This document shows, piece after piece, positions 28,270 to 38,565 of a stretch of DNA of 64,000 bases (within the stretch, counting starts at the first letter, position 1; each line of letters starts with the position of its first letter). Origin of the DNA: a virus; IMG/VR virus record IMGVR_UViG_3300010158_000028, positions 32,001 to 96,000 of that record. One strand, 5' to 3'. The notes beneath the pieces are model-generated. The model was not told the origin of the DNA. It searched no databases and saw only the letters and a program-made list of their open reading frames with translations. A program made the position numbers and the translations under genes.

Positions 28270-29636
28270 TTGTAATTCTCTAAAAAGTAATTCAAATCTT
28301 CAGGTGTACCTAATCCCCACATCTTGTCAATGTTCTTTACACGAATCTTTTTACCATCACCAATTGCTTCATTGAATACTGGACAAACATAAAACTCATT
28401 GTTTGTTCTGATATTCTTCTCAATCATCTGTTCTGTATACTTAACATAATCAGAACCTTTCTTCCAGTAATAGATACCTACAGTAGCAATATTTGAAATA
28501 GGATTCTTCTCTGCAACTTCAGATACAAACCCATCATCACCTAACTTAGCAAATGACCACTTAGGATGTGTTGCTTCAAATGTAACAATACCACCATCTA
28601 CTGTATCTGCAGTAAATGCATAGAGACATTCATTTGAATTCCATTCTGCAAACTGATCTGAGTTTGCCATCAATAATGGTTGATCATTATCAATAAATTC
28701 TTTTGCAAGTAATGTAGTGCAAGCCGCACCTTCTGTAATACCATCTACTTGAACAATATCACAACCTGGTGCAATTAGATTCAATAACTGCTTTAGATTG
28801 TATTTCTCGTAGTGATCTTTTTGTACCAAGAAGATAAAGTGTGCATCAACATTTAAGTTTTCAACAACAACTTGAATCATTGGTTTGCCATTAACTTCAA
28901 TTAATGGTTTAGGAAATGTGTATCCTGCTTGAGCAAATCTACTACCAGCACCTGCCATTGGTATTAATACATTCATCTTATTATCTCTCCATGGTATCTT
29001 TTTTCTCGTCACGCCATCAAGTATATCTTTTGCTTCATCAATCTTTTCTTTGGTCAAATCTGTTGTATCTTTTACGGGTACTAGATGAGCACCAGAATTC
29101 AATGCACCTTCACGACCAATATGACTATCTTCAATGATTACTGTATTCTTAGGCAATACATCTAACTCAGTCATACATTTCCAATACATTTCGGGAAATG
29201 GTTTTGTTCTCTTTACATCTTCATTACTGATATAGTAATCAACAAACTCTAACACACCAATACTTAGTAATGCAATCTTTACAGTTTCACGAATTGAATT
29301 ACTAGCAACTGCAATCTTAATACCTTGTAACTTAAGTAACTGAAATGTATCAATTAGAAATTGATTCTTTGGAAACTGTTTGATAAGTGTAAAAGTAATC
29401 TCTTGTTTATCGGACCATACTTTAGTATAATGACTTGGACTCAAACCTTTATCATCTGTCAACATCTTAAGTTTCTTTGTAGTATTTAATCCATCATACT
29501 TACTTAAGTGTTCTTCACGACTGATTACGTATTGTTCACCAAATTGACTTAATGCAACATTCAGTGCTTCATAGTGTAATTCACGACTATCAATCAATAC
29601 ACCATCAAGATCAAAAATAATTAACTTATTGTGCAT
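28266..29636 (-). CDS. HAD phosphatase fused to sugar-phosphate nucleotidyltransferase
   Basis: FDLDGVL, ASN, KP.P, EDS..G; then IPMAGAGSRF...PKPL, EK, GIYY, NEFY, GLGTPEDL. Confidence 0.88.
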   Translation of the reverse strand: MHNKLIIFDLDGVLIDSRELHYEALNVALSQFGEQYVISREEHLSKYDGLNTTKKLKMLTDDKGLSPSHYTKVWSDKQEITFTLIKQFPKNQFLIDTFQLLKLQGIKIAVASNSIRETVKIALLSIGVLEFVDYYISNEDVKRTKPFPEMYWKCMTELDVLPKNTVIIEDSHIGREGALNSGAHLVPVKDTTDLTKEKIDEAKDILDGVTRKKIPWRDNKMNVLIPMAGAGSRFAQAGYTFPKPLIEVNGKPMIQVVVENLNVDAHFIFLVQKDHYEKYNLKQLLNLIAPGCDIVQVDGITEGAACTTLLAKEFIDNDQPLLMANSDQFAEWNSNECLYAFTADTVDGGIVTFEATHPKWSFAKLGDDGFVSEVAEKNPISNIATVGIYYWKKGSDYVKYTEQMIEKNIRTNNEFYVCPVFNEAIGDGKKIRVKNIDKMWGLGTPEDLNYFLENYK

Positions 29637-30249
29637 CACGATGTACCTTGTTGTGACGAACAATACTCTTGCCATTACATACCCATTTGCATTGTGTTCT
29701 CATGCGTAATGACCATTCTACATCTTCTGCTTGATGATGAACTAATTCTTCATTGAAAGGTATTTTAGTTGCTAACTCTTTCTTAACAATCATAAACCCA
29801 CCAGATTGATACATGCATAATGTCTGTGACCAATCATCATATGGTAATGATGCATACTGTGGAAAGAATGGTGAATCCCAGATAACCCAATCAGTGAAAT
29901 GTCTTTTACCATTAATCAATAACTGTTGGCACGATGCAACATCCCAATCATCACCAAACTCAAGAAAGTTTGTATACCAATCTTTATCAAATACATAATA
30001 ATCATGCATCAATACTACATTCTCATACTTTGCAGATTGAACTAATGTATTTTTCTTTCGTGTGATCCAACCTTCTTTTTCAGATTCATCAAAGTAAATG
30101 TATTTTACAGTATCAGTATCTTCATGTTTGGTTGGTCCAATACATAAAATTTCATAGTTAGGTATGTTTAGTGCTTCAATAGATTGAAAAACTTCATTCA
30201 ACTGATCCATATTTTTATAGGTAGTTGTTATTCCAAATGTAAAATTCAT
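29626..30249 (-). CDS. Glycosyltransferase family 2-like
   Basis: FGI.T, IT.KKN, HDY, FNE.L....EDVEWS. Confidence 0.7.
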   Translation of the reverse strand: MNFTFGITTTYKNMDQLNEVFQSIEALNIPNYEILCIGPTKHEDTDTVKYIYFDESEKEGWITRKKNTLVQSAKYENVVLMHDYYVFDKDWYTNFLEFGDDWDVASCQQLLINGKRHFTDWVIWDSPFFPQYASLPYDDWSQTLCMYQSGGFMIVKKELATKIPFNEELVHHQAEDVEWSLRMRTQCKWVCNGKSIVRHNKVHRDAQ

Positions 30250-31202
30250 ACAAGCCTCATTATATCGTCAACGGTGTTTTTAATTAAATGGTTTAGCGTT
30301 ACAAACTCGTGTGCATCATCTATCTGTTTCTTTCTGACACCTTTAAACTTCTGCATATACTCTACCAACTCATCATCATTGGTATAAGTAAATCCAAATT
30401 CTTTTAATACCTTTGCACCAGCAATCTCTCTTGATGCCCATGGTGTTCTATTCAACATAGATTCCAATAACACAAGACCAAACCCTTCTTTGTGTGAGTG
30501 CATAATATATAGATCGGCTTCACTGAGTGCAGATAATACTTCATTTCTATCTTCAATCATTAATGCCTTAACATTATCAGTATCATTAGGTTTGATTTGA
30601 TGTCTATTATCATAACCTGTTAATACTAATGTTACATCTTTTCTATCTACTTTACCAAATGCTTCTACTAACTCATTCATTGCTTTGTTGGGCCAGTATC
30701 CACCACATGACAGAAACATATACTTAGTAGTGATTTCATACTTCTCACGAAAACCTTTTTGTCCTACTGATACTTTATCATCTATGCCATGTCTAATCTG
30801 AACTGATTTTCTCATTACAGATTTACGTTTAACATACTCCCAATCTTCTTGTGTTGAACAACCAAGATACTTAACATTTTGAATTGCTCTTTGATATACA
30901 TTACTTTCAGATGGAACAATAAGCATAAACACAATTGGTGATGGTATCTTATTACAATTATTCAATACAAAATCTTGTAATCCAACATCACCACCATGAA
31001 CAACAATTAAGTCCCACTTTTCTAATAGTATAGATGCTTCATTAGATACACGAACACCATTTAAATTACCTTGATGTTCACCTGCAAATACTGCAACTTC
31101 ATGTCCACGACTTAATGTTTCATCTGCCATATCACGAACATAGTTTTCAGAACCACCAGGATATGGTGCATATCTATGAACAACATATAAAATCTTACTC
31201 AT
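30246..31202 (-). CDS. Glycosyltransferase family 4 (GT-B)
   Basis: GGSE, GHEV.V, K....L, EGFGLVLLESM. Confidence 0.88.
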   Translation of the reverse strand: MSKILYVVHRYAPYPGGSENYVRDMADETLSRGHEVAVFAGEHQGNLNGVRVSNEASILLEKWDLIVVHGGDVGLQDFVLNNCNKIPSPIVFMLIVPSESNVYQRAIQNVKYLGCSTQEDWEYVKRKSVMRKSVQIRHGIDDKVSVGQKGFREKYEITTKYMFLSCGGYWPNKAMNELVEAFGKVDRKDVTLVLTGYDNRHQIKPNDTDNVKALMIEDRNEVLSALSEADLYIMHSHKEGFGLVLLESMLNRTPWASREIAGAKVLKEFGFTYTNDDELVEYMQKFKGVRKKQIDDAHEFVTLNHLIKNTVDDIMRLV

Positions 31203-32034
31203 ACTGTGCCTCTATTTCTCTACGCCATTCTGTTCTATCATATTGATGAACAATACAGAATTCTTTACCTGTGCTAGTTAAAACTTTACCGTTCTCAAAC
31301 TTAGGACTTGGTTCTAATAGTTTAGGTCTAAATTCATCAATCTTTGATGGGTCTGCAGTAGTACCTAATTGACATGCCCATCCATCTTCAGATTTCATAT
31401 AACGACTATATGAATTATCTTTGTATGGTAATTGTGATATCATAAAATTGAATGTTGATTGGTCACAAATAGGAATAGGTCTATTGATTGCGGCAGTAAA
31501 GATATTGATTGCAAGTGATTTCATTGCTTCATGTCTACCACCCAATACACCTACATTATAGATTTCATTATCTCTAAACTTCTCATGGATATATGGTCCA
31601 TAAGTTTCTAATAGATTGTTATCGCCCCAAGGTTCATCTTTATACAAAATACTTTCAGATGCAAACAATAGATGTTGGCGTTGACCTAATTGTTCTTCTA
31701 AGAACTTTGATGGATTGGTTTGAAATATAACATCTTTAACATCGGTAGTAATTACATACCGATATTCATGTGTAGATAGATGTTCGTAGATGTGTAGGAA
31801 TCGTTCTACATGAACAGGTAATTTTGATTGGTAAACTAGATTACCATCTTTATCTTGATTGAATCCTATGATGTTTACACCACAACTTGCAACTTGATAT
31901 GCGGTTTTTGAATCACAATTCATTAAGATAAGGGCAATATCACCTTCAAATCCTGATCGTCTAATTGAAAGAACCCAATATTTAATTGTGTCCCATGTGT
32001 AATTGGTACTGCATCCTATAATCAAATCTTTCAT
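31195..32034 (-). CDS. Putative glycosyltransferase (GT-A)
   Basis: TDVKDVIFQ.NP, N.GV.GG, DQ..FN, VHQYDR; SD GAGGGAG supports this start. Confidence 0.7.
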   Translation of the reverse strand: MKDLIIGCSTNYTWDTIKYWVLSIRRSGFEGDIALILMNCDSKTAYQVASCGVNIIGFNQDKDGNLVYQSKLPVHVERFLHIYEHLSTHEYRYVITTDVKDVIFQTNPSKFLEEQLGQRQHLLFASESILYKDEPWGDNNLLETYGPYIHEKFRDNEIYNVGVLGGRHEAMKSLAINIFTAAINRPIPICDQSTFNFMISQLPYKDNSYSRYMKSEDGWACQLGTTADPSKIDEFRPKLLEPSPKFENGKVLTSTGKEFCIVHQYDRTEWRREIEAQYE

Positions 32035-32062
32035 TATAAACTCCCTCAAAAATTATGTAATA

Positions 32063-32182
32063 TTACTGTCCTGGTGTATCTTTCTGGTAATTCTTTTTCA
32101 ACTCATCTGACCCATCTTCACCCGCACCTGCTTTTGATTTAAACTCTTGCTTCTCTTTTATATATTCTTTAAAGGATAACAC
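32063..32182 (-). CDS. Small protein (39 aa) with capsid-targeting-like N-terminus
   Basis: Hand translation from GTG overlapping the upstream TAG: MLSFKEYIKE...NYQKDTPGQ. Confidence 0.6.
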   Translation of the reverse strand: MLSFKEYIKEKQEFKSKAGAGEDGSDELKKNYQKDTPGQ

Positions 32183-33414
32183 TATTTGCTCCAATTCTTT
32201 GCGGCAGTAAAGTTGTCATGTGAGAATTCTAATCTATCAATTAGTTTAACTGCACCACCTTTAAGTTTATCTACTGCAACAAAACCTTCAGGATTGGATA
32301 TCTTGAATCCATCATCGGTACGAATAAATGTACCTGCAACTTGTTTAATCTCTCTTAACTTACGAACAATCATATTCTTTGCATCAACTAGTTTGTTCTG
32401 TAAATCAAATATTAATTTTAATTGTGCAATATTGGAACGATAGAATCTAAGCACCTCATTCTTCTCTGCAATCTTTCTTGTTTTAGTCTTTTCTAACTTT
32501 GCGGCAAGAATTTCTTTATTCTGTCTATCTTCTACCCATTTAATTAAATCTCTAGTATGTTGTGTTGTGTTTTTTATTTCTTGACCTTCACGAACTTTAG
32601 TATTATTAAATGTTTTGATTTGCATTAAGAATGTTTCACTGGTAGATATTCTATTCAATGTCAATGAATTAATTTGACTGAGTATTCTTTGTGCTTCAGA
32701 TATATGTCCTGCTAATTCTAATGATTCTTGTTTAGTAAATGTTGCAGTACCAGAAGCATCAATGAAAGATGCATCACGATACCAAACATCTTTAGATGCC
32801 TTTAAGTTACCAATATCAATATTGAAAGATGATTTCATATCTGCTAGTGTATCACCACCAGAATATGCAGTATGAAATACAATTCCCATCTGTGATGCAA
32901 GAACTGTCTTTGCTAATTTAGAATCTTCAGGTATTGCATAGACTAAAGTATTAGGTTGAAATGTAATATACTTTTCACCATTGATAGTTTCTTTTTTGAT
33001 ATCATCTTTGGTAAACATCATATCACCTTGAAGAATACCATCAATGTTTAATTTCTTGAGGTATTTCAATGCAATCTTTAATTTTATATTGAGACCTTCA
33101 CCCGGATGATTTTTATCTATATCTGCATTTGTATAGTTTAGTTTAGGATTGTTTGCGAATACACCTTTAGTACCAACAAAGAACTTATTGTTTTCTGGAT
33201 TGACACCACAGATGATTGCGGGTGCACCATCCCATTTAGTAGTTACATTCACTTTACTTTCTGAACTACTAGCAAGCATATCTTTAAGAGAACGAAGAAA
33301 GTTAATGGCTGCTTTAGAACCAGCAACACCATTATTTAATACTTCATCTTCTAAATGTTCTAGGTGAACATTTTTACCTTCTTTTGATTCGTTTATAAAT
33401 TCTATGAATTTCAT
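32182..33414 (-). CDS. Conserved T4-like protein (DUF6267-like)
   Basis: MKFIEFINE, KN.HLEHLED, TTKWDGAPA, QGD..F, EGFV, KL.DRLEFS; KxDG/EGFV/K recall nucleotidyltransferase (ligase) motifs. Confidence 0.7.
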   Translation of the reverse strand: MKFIEFINESKEGKNVHLEHLEDEVLNNGVAGSKAAINFLRSLKDMLASSSESKVNVTTKWDGAPAIICGVNPENNKFFVGTKGVFANNPKLNYTNADIDKNHPGEGLNIKLKIALKYLKKLNIDGILQGDMMFTKDDIKKETINGEKYITFQPNTLVYAIPEDSKLAKTVLASQMGIVFHTAYSGGDTLADMKSSFNIDIGNLKASKDVWYRDASFIDASGTATFTKQESLELAGHISEAQRILSQINSLTLNRISTSETFLMQIKTFNNTKVREGQEIKNTTQHTRDLIKWVEDRQNKEILAAKLEKTKTRKIAEKNEVLRFYRSNIAQLKLIFDLQNKLVDAKNMIVRKLREIKQVAGTFIRTDDGFKISNPEGFVAVDKLKGGAVKLIDRLEFSHDNFTAAKNWSK

Positions 33415-33416
33415 TT

Positions 33417-34697
33417 TTATTCTACTTTTACAAAAGGACCAGATAAATCGGATGATGATGATGCATACGAAATACATTCTGTAACAAAATCATCTTGAAC
33501 TTTTTTAGTTACAATTATATTAATTAATTGACAACCTAAAAATTTACTGAAACACCAAGAGACACCTTTTTCATTACATTGTTTTATAAAATCTTTAATT
33601 GAAAGATTATTATCTCTAGAATATTTTTTATAATTGTTGTAAAACTCTTCATATATTTTCATATCTATTTTTTCTAAACCAGAACGTAATACTTTAATAT
33701 CCATTAATTGTGGTAATTTCATTTTTCTCAATATACCTTGAATTGGTCCATATGATAATTTACCTTGATTTGCATTTTTACCTTTTATCTCACCTTGAAA
33801 TGTTTCTGGAAAAGTTCTAAATTGTATTTTTCCATCTACTGTAAAATATATGTATACATCTTTTCCACCAAAGAAACTTTGAGTGCCTGTGGTGTAACTT
33901 TCAAATTTTATAACTTTCTTTTTACTACCCACATTATAATATGAAAGATGAGCCGAACCTTTCATTAATTTTAAAGACACACCAATAATATCTTTTGATT
34001 TTATATTCTGTAACATTATATTATTTAATTCTACCATATTTGTTGCTTTAGTGATATCTATTCTCTCACCTTTTGGAGAAACCATATAGATATCAGCTGG
34101 ACTCCATTTGTTTATATTTGAAAATATTTTTTCTTGTTGATTTAATTTTTTCCAATGATCTTGTAATTTATTTACCCAATTAGAACCTCGATGAAAAGTA
34201 TATTGTTTTCCTTTAAATTCTTTATACAACTCTTCTGCACCTAATATGGAAGAACTTCTCCAATCTGCAGTTAATTTATTTTCAATGTTTGAAAGTGATT
34301 CATCAGTATCAGATTTAGAATAAGCTTTCTTAATGTCATCTCTGTTATAACTTTTTGACGCTGCCCATTTTGCTTGAGCATACACTGCTTGAGCAGATTC
34401 TCCTAATTTAGTAACATCAGCGCCAGCACCAGAACCACCTCCACCACCAAATTCTTTGTTTTTCTTTAAATCCGTTAATTTGTATGTTGCAACAAGTTTT
34501 TTACCTTTAGAAACAATAAGTATTGTTCCTTTTAAATCTTTCTTACCTTGAATTTTTTTAATTAACTGATTGTCAATATCAAACACAACTTTACTACCAT
34601 CATTCAATTCAAAAAGTTCCTCATTTGTCATTTTGAAAACAAAAAGTTCTCTTCTAGAATCATATTTGTATAATTCGGATTGAGATAAAGATGACAT
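33417..34697 (-). CDS. Putative PD-(D/E)XK-like nuclease
   Basis: E..Q, KWSPADIY, IGVSLK; Gly linker after the N-terminal domain. Confidence 0.45.
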   Translation of the reverse strand: MSSLSQSELYKYDSRRELFVFKMTNEELFELNDGSKVVFDIDNQLIKKIQGKKDLKGTILIVSKGKKLVATYKLTDLKKNKEFGGGGGSGAGADVTKLGESAQAVYAQAKWAASKSYNRDDIKKAYSKSDTDESLSNIENKLTADWRSSSILGAEELYKEFKGKQYTFHRGSNWVNKLQDHWKKLNQQEKIFSNINKWSPADIYMVSPKGERIDITKATNMVELNNIMLQNIKSKDIIGVSLKLMKGSAHLSYYNVGSKKKVIKFESYTTGTQSFFGGKDVYIYFTVDGKIQFRTFPETFQGEIKGKNANQGKLSYGPIQGILRKMKLPQLMDIKVLRSGLEKIDMKIYEEFYNNYKKYSRDNNLSIKDFIKQCNEKGVSWCFSKFLGCQLINIIVTKKVQDDFVTECISYASSSSDLSGPFVKVE

Positions 34698-34720
34698 TTA
34701 AATACTCCAGTGTTTTAGAG

Positions 34721-34728
34721 TATTTATA
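34721..34728 (-). promoter_or_regulatory. T4 late promoter
   Basis: Exact TATAAATA, followed by SD GGAG and the start at 34697. Confidence 0.75.
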
Positions 34729-34737
34729 ATAACATTA

Positions 34738-35853
34738 TTACCTTATAATGTCAATATCTTTCTTGCTTGTCCACACTTCAATCTCAGTTCGTATTCTAGA
34801 CTCTTGTTTTAGAGTGTTGAAACGATTAGTTGCTTTCTTTTTCCACCATTCTACTATGTTCTTCATGTGATGTTTCTCATAATTCTCATCATATTCATAC
34901 TTATCAGTCTTACCTAAGACCATATCTTTGTAATTCTTAATACCATAATTACAGTAATAATATCGCTTCTTCTCAGTTAATAACTTTGCTTTATCAATGA
35001 TTGTCATAAACATGTTATAAGAATCTTTATGACTCTTCAATGATGATTTAGTGATTGAAACTATGGCAGAACTAATTCTCAATTTTCTATTGGATGCATC
35101 TTCTGGAACAAAAGGACCACCATTTATATTTTCTAGATAGTCTCTTAAATCTTCATATGGTTTACCATGCATCATTGGTAAAAAATCAGACTCAGTTATA
35201 CCACCAAATCTAAGATAAGGTTTCATTCCATCATATTGTGAAACTGATTTCGTTGTTCCATATAAACTCGTAGTTTCAAATAGACAAGTATTCATTCCAT
35301 ATTTCTTGTCCATTATATCACGAATCTCATGTGAACAGCAAATTGCTGCTAAAAGTTTACCACCTAGATAATTATATCCAAATGGTTGAGCAGGAACAAT
35401 GACAAATCCCATTGCACATGCTTTATTAAATGATTTAGTGGTTTCTGTTTCATTAGTGATTACACATTCCAATAAATTATTACGAGGTTTCATCATTATA
35501 GTAGGTGAGCCAAGTCTTATAAATCCTACCCATTTACCAGAATTTTTTTCTTTAACTGCTAATTTAACATTTCTACCAGGACTCTCATTATTAATATGGG
35601 ATGATATGATATTGAGATATTGTTGCCAAGTTGAACCAGGCAATTCAACTATCTGAAATTCCATATCTTCTGGTAACATACTAAAATCAGAAAACAAATC
35701 TTCTTCAAGTCCACATCCAGGTAAACTAGTAGGTAGTTCCATCAAAGAATTTAATTTTTGATCTCGCATGTATTCGTCAATGCGATTAAAATTGCCAAAG
35801 TAATCTTCATATACTTTAGCAACGTGTAATGCTTGTTCATGATTTAATATCAT
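34738..35853 (-). CDS. DUF4338/DruA-like protein conserved downstream of gp41
   Basis: PGR, G.I.LGSP, VP.QPFGYNYLGGKLLA, TTSLYG...QY. Confidence 0.6.
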   Translation of the reverse strand: MILNHEQALHVAKVYEDYFGNFNRIDEYMRDQKLNSLMELPTSLPGCGLEEDLFSDFSMLPEDMEFQIVELPGSTWQQYLNIISSHINNESPGRNVKLAVKEKNSGKWVGFIRLGSPTIMMKPRNNLLECVITNETETTKSFNKACAMGFVIVPAQPFGYNYLGGKLLAAICCSHEIRDIMDKKYGMNTCLFETTSLYGTTKSVSQYDGMKPYLRFGGITESDFLPMMHGKPYEDLRDYLENINGGPFVPEDASNRKLRISSAIVSITKSSLKSHKDSYNMFMTIIDKAKLLTEKKRYYYCNYGIKNYKDMVLGKTDKYEYDENYEKHHMKNIVEWWKKKATNRFNTLKQESRIRTEIEVWTSKKDIDIIR

Positions 35854-37247
35854 ACTTTAAGACCACCAAACCTCTGTTTGAAATTGTGTCTTGAATTAGA
35901 ATCAAACTTATTAATTGGTGGATCATCTTGACCAGAATCAGATAGTTGTTGTGCATTAGATTCAACATCATATAGTCTCATCTTTGCTTTATCTACACCA
36001 ACAACAAACTTCTTATTAGTACCAGGGTCACCATATCGATTCTTCAATTGTTTTACCATAATCTGATTCAACTGTTCTAATTCTTCAGTTGATATCAATG
36101 CAAACATAAAGTCTGCAGTTGCAGGTAAACCAAAACTCTCACTTGTATCAGTCAAATCTACATCACTATTACTAAAACCACTTCTTGTTGTTTGTGTTGC
36201 AGATACAATAGGCACATTAAACTCTACTGCAAGTCCTCTTAACTCTTCTGCAATAGCTTTAATATACGTATAAGAATTAACAGATGAACCCATCTTCATT
36301 CTTGATGAACAACAGATATTCAAATAATCAATAAAGATAATATCTGGAAAGAAACTCTTCTTCAATCTCAACTCATTCAATAAAGACCTAAAGTGTCCAG
36401 CATGTGCAGATGCAGTTGGATATTCTTTAATGATTAATTTGCCTTGAGTCTTGTTTCTCAATACAGAAAACTTTCTTTCATAATCATCTTTAGAGATTAC
36501 ATGCAATTCATCCATCGTTACATTCAATAGATTAGCATCAATTCGTTCTGCAATCTTTTCTTCTGCCATTTCCATAGTGATATACAAAACATTATTACCT
36601 TGAGATATACATGCAGAGGACATATGACACATAAACAAAGATTTACCTACACCAGTACCAGCAAGTGCAATGTTCAATGTCTTTTGTGGCAAACCACCTT
36701 TAGTAATCTTATTAAAGTATTCAAGATCAAACTTAATCTTTTGTTCTTTCCGATGATAGAAATCAAATCGTGAATCGGCATCATTGATATAATCATGACC
36801 GACATGTGAATCAAACGATACACCTAGTGCATTGGATAATAACTCAGGTATTTGTCCTTTACTTAATGTTTTAGATTTGTTATCTAGAATCTGGACTGAT
36901 TCCATGATTGCATTATAGATTGCTTTATCTTGGCAAAACTTTTCAGTTTGTTCAATCAACCAATCTGTAGGTGTTACTTCTTCTTTTGATTGTTGAATAT
37001 CATTAAGAAGTTCTAGTGCAGATTTAACTTGTTCTTCGGTAAGTGTTTTCTTTTCAGTAAAGTTAATTACTAGTGCTTCATAGGTAGGAAGATTCTTATA
37101 CTTGTTTACATAATCATGTATTTCTTTGAATACATTCTTTTCATTGTTATCTGAGAAATAGTCATGGAATATAAATGGTAATACTTTTCTTGTATAGTCC
37201 TCGTTATAAACTAAATTCTTCAGTATTGTTTGTTCTAGTCTGTTCAT
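35850..37247 (-). CDS. 41: Replicative DNA helicase (T4 gp41)
   Basis: AGTGVGKS, TMEM, IDYL, ATQ..R, ESFGLPATAD, KQLKNRY. Confidence 0.97.
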   Translation of the reverse strand: MNRLEQTILKNLVYNEDYTRKVLPFIFHDYFSDNNEKNVFKEIHDYVNKYKNLPTYEALVINFTEKKTLTEEQVKSALELLNDIQQSKEEVTPTDWLIEQTEKFCQDKAIYNAIMESVQILDNKSKTLSKGQIPELLSNALGVSFDSHVGHDYINDADSRFDFYHRKEQKIKFDLEYFNKITKGGLPQKTLNIALAGTGVGKSLFMCHMSSACISQGNNVLYITMEMAEEKIAERIDANLLNVTMDELHVISKDDYERKFSVLRNKTQGKLIIKEYPTASAHAGHFRSLLNELRLKKSFFPDIIFIDYLNICCSSRMKMGSSVNSYTYIKAIAEELRGLAVEFNVPIVSATQTTRSGFSNSDVDLTDTSESFGLPATADFMFALISTEELEQLNQIMVKQLKNRYGDPGTNKKFVVGVDKAKMRLYDVESNAQQLSDSGQDDPPINKFDSNSRHNFKQRFGGLKV

Positions 37248-37563
37248 TTGTTTCCAATAGTTCTGTTAGTATGTCACCCATAATTATAACAAAATTCTGA
37301 TCATTACGCAAGGTTTCTTCGTCATGATTACCAGAATATTCTATACCATAGGTAAACTTTAATCTTGCGAAAGTACCTTCTTCTACAACTTGTGCCGTCT
37401 TATAATAATAAATCACTCCCTGATATACACCCTTTAACAGATGTATACCAGTGAGATCAGAATCGGGAAAGTTATAGAGTTGGTAATCAATACCTTCTTT
37501 AGGCTTCTTCGGTTTTTTCCAGAACAGGAGTCGGTCCCATAATGTTGCCATATGCAATCCCAT
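37204..37563 (-). CDS. Head vertex assembly chaperone-like (gp40 position)
   Basis: Between uvsX and 41; G.Y.G.IY.Y..., GDIL..L; start uncertain. Confidence 0.45.
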   Translation of the reverse strand: MGLHMATLWDRLLFWKKPKKPKEGIDYQLYNFPDSDLTGIHLLKGVYQGVIYYYKTAQVVEEGTFARLKFTYGIEYSGNHDEETLRNDQNFVIIMGDILTELLETNEQTRTNNTEEFSL

Positions 37564-38554
37564 ATTTTTGTTTTACAAATTCTCTGAATTTTTTATGAGA
37601 TAAAATATCATCCCAAAACTCTGCATTTTGTGTTGCTGCCAATCTATGTTTATCACCAACTTCACCAGTTTCATGATTGACTTTTGCATACCAACCATTA
37701 GAAGGTTTTGTTACGTGACCACTTTCAAGTGCAATATCAAGGAGACCAGACCAACGACTGATACCACCATCAAAAGATACATTAATTGGAATTTTAGATT
37801 TTTCTTTGACATATCTACTTTTCTCTACGTTAATAATAAAATTGTACCCAATTACTTCAGTTCCTTCTTTTTCTTGCTGACGACCAATGATGTATATATT
37901 GTCGGCAGAATAATATGAACCTGTACCACCACCAACAATATCTTTAGGAAACAAACCAATCTCTTTGTAAGTATGATTAACGACAACCATTGGAATATCT
38001 TTTAGATTTAAATGTGGTGTAATCATTCTAAACAAACTCTTAACTTGTTTTGCACGACTCATATCTGCAACTGATTTACCTTCAAGTGCATCTTCAACTT
38101 CTTTCTTTGATGCAAGATTACCAATCGAATCTAATATGATGATTAGTTTATCACCACGATTTATATCTTGTAACTGTTGCATAATATTAAACTTCAATTG
38201 TTCAATATCAGTTAAAGGTGTATGTAATACTCTTGATTGGTCAATCTCAAATGTTTCAAAGTATTTAATTGGAGTACCAAACTCTGAATCATAGAACAAC
38301 AATACTGCTTCTGGATACTTGTCCATGTATGCTTTTGCCATCAATAGACTAAATGCAGTCTTAAAATGTTTTGATGGACCTGCCCACATAGTAAGACCAG
38401 GAATTAAACCACCATCAAGTGAACCAGATAATGCTACATTAATCATTGGTACTCTTGTTGGTACAAAATCTTTTTCAGTAAAGAATTTTGATTTGTCTAG
38501 AATAGCACTATCTTTAATTGTGGTATTCTTTTTTAATTTATCAAGTAAACTCAT
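37499..38554 (-). CDS. uvsX: RecA-like recombinase
   Basis: GPSKHFKT, DSEFG, DSIGNLASKKE, ADMSRAK, NHTY, GGTG..YSAD. Confidence 0.97.
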   Translation of the reverse strand: MSLLDKLKKNTTIKDSAILDKSKFFTEKDFVPTRVPMINVALSGSLDGGLIPGLTMWAGPSKHFKTAFSLLMAKAYMDKYPEAVLLFYDSEFGTPIKYFETFEIDQSRVLHTPLTDIEQLKFNIMQQLQDINRGDKLIIILDSIGNLASKKEVEDALEGKSVADMSRAKQVKSLFRMITPHLNLKDIPMVVVNHTYKEIGLFPKDIVGGGTGSYYSADNIYIIGRQQEKEGTEVIGYNFIINVEKSRYVKEKSKIPINVSFDGGISRWSGLLDIALESGHVTKPSNGWYAKVNHETGEVGDKHRLAATQNAEFWDDILSHKKFREFVKQKYGIAYGNIMGPTPVLEKTEEA

Positions 38555-38565
38555 ATCATCCTCAT

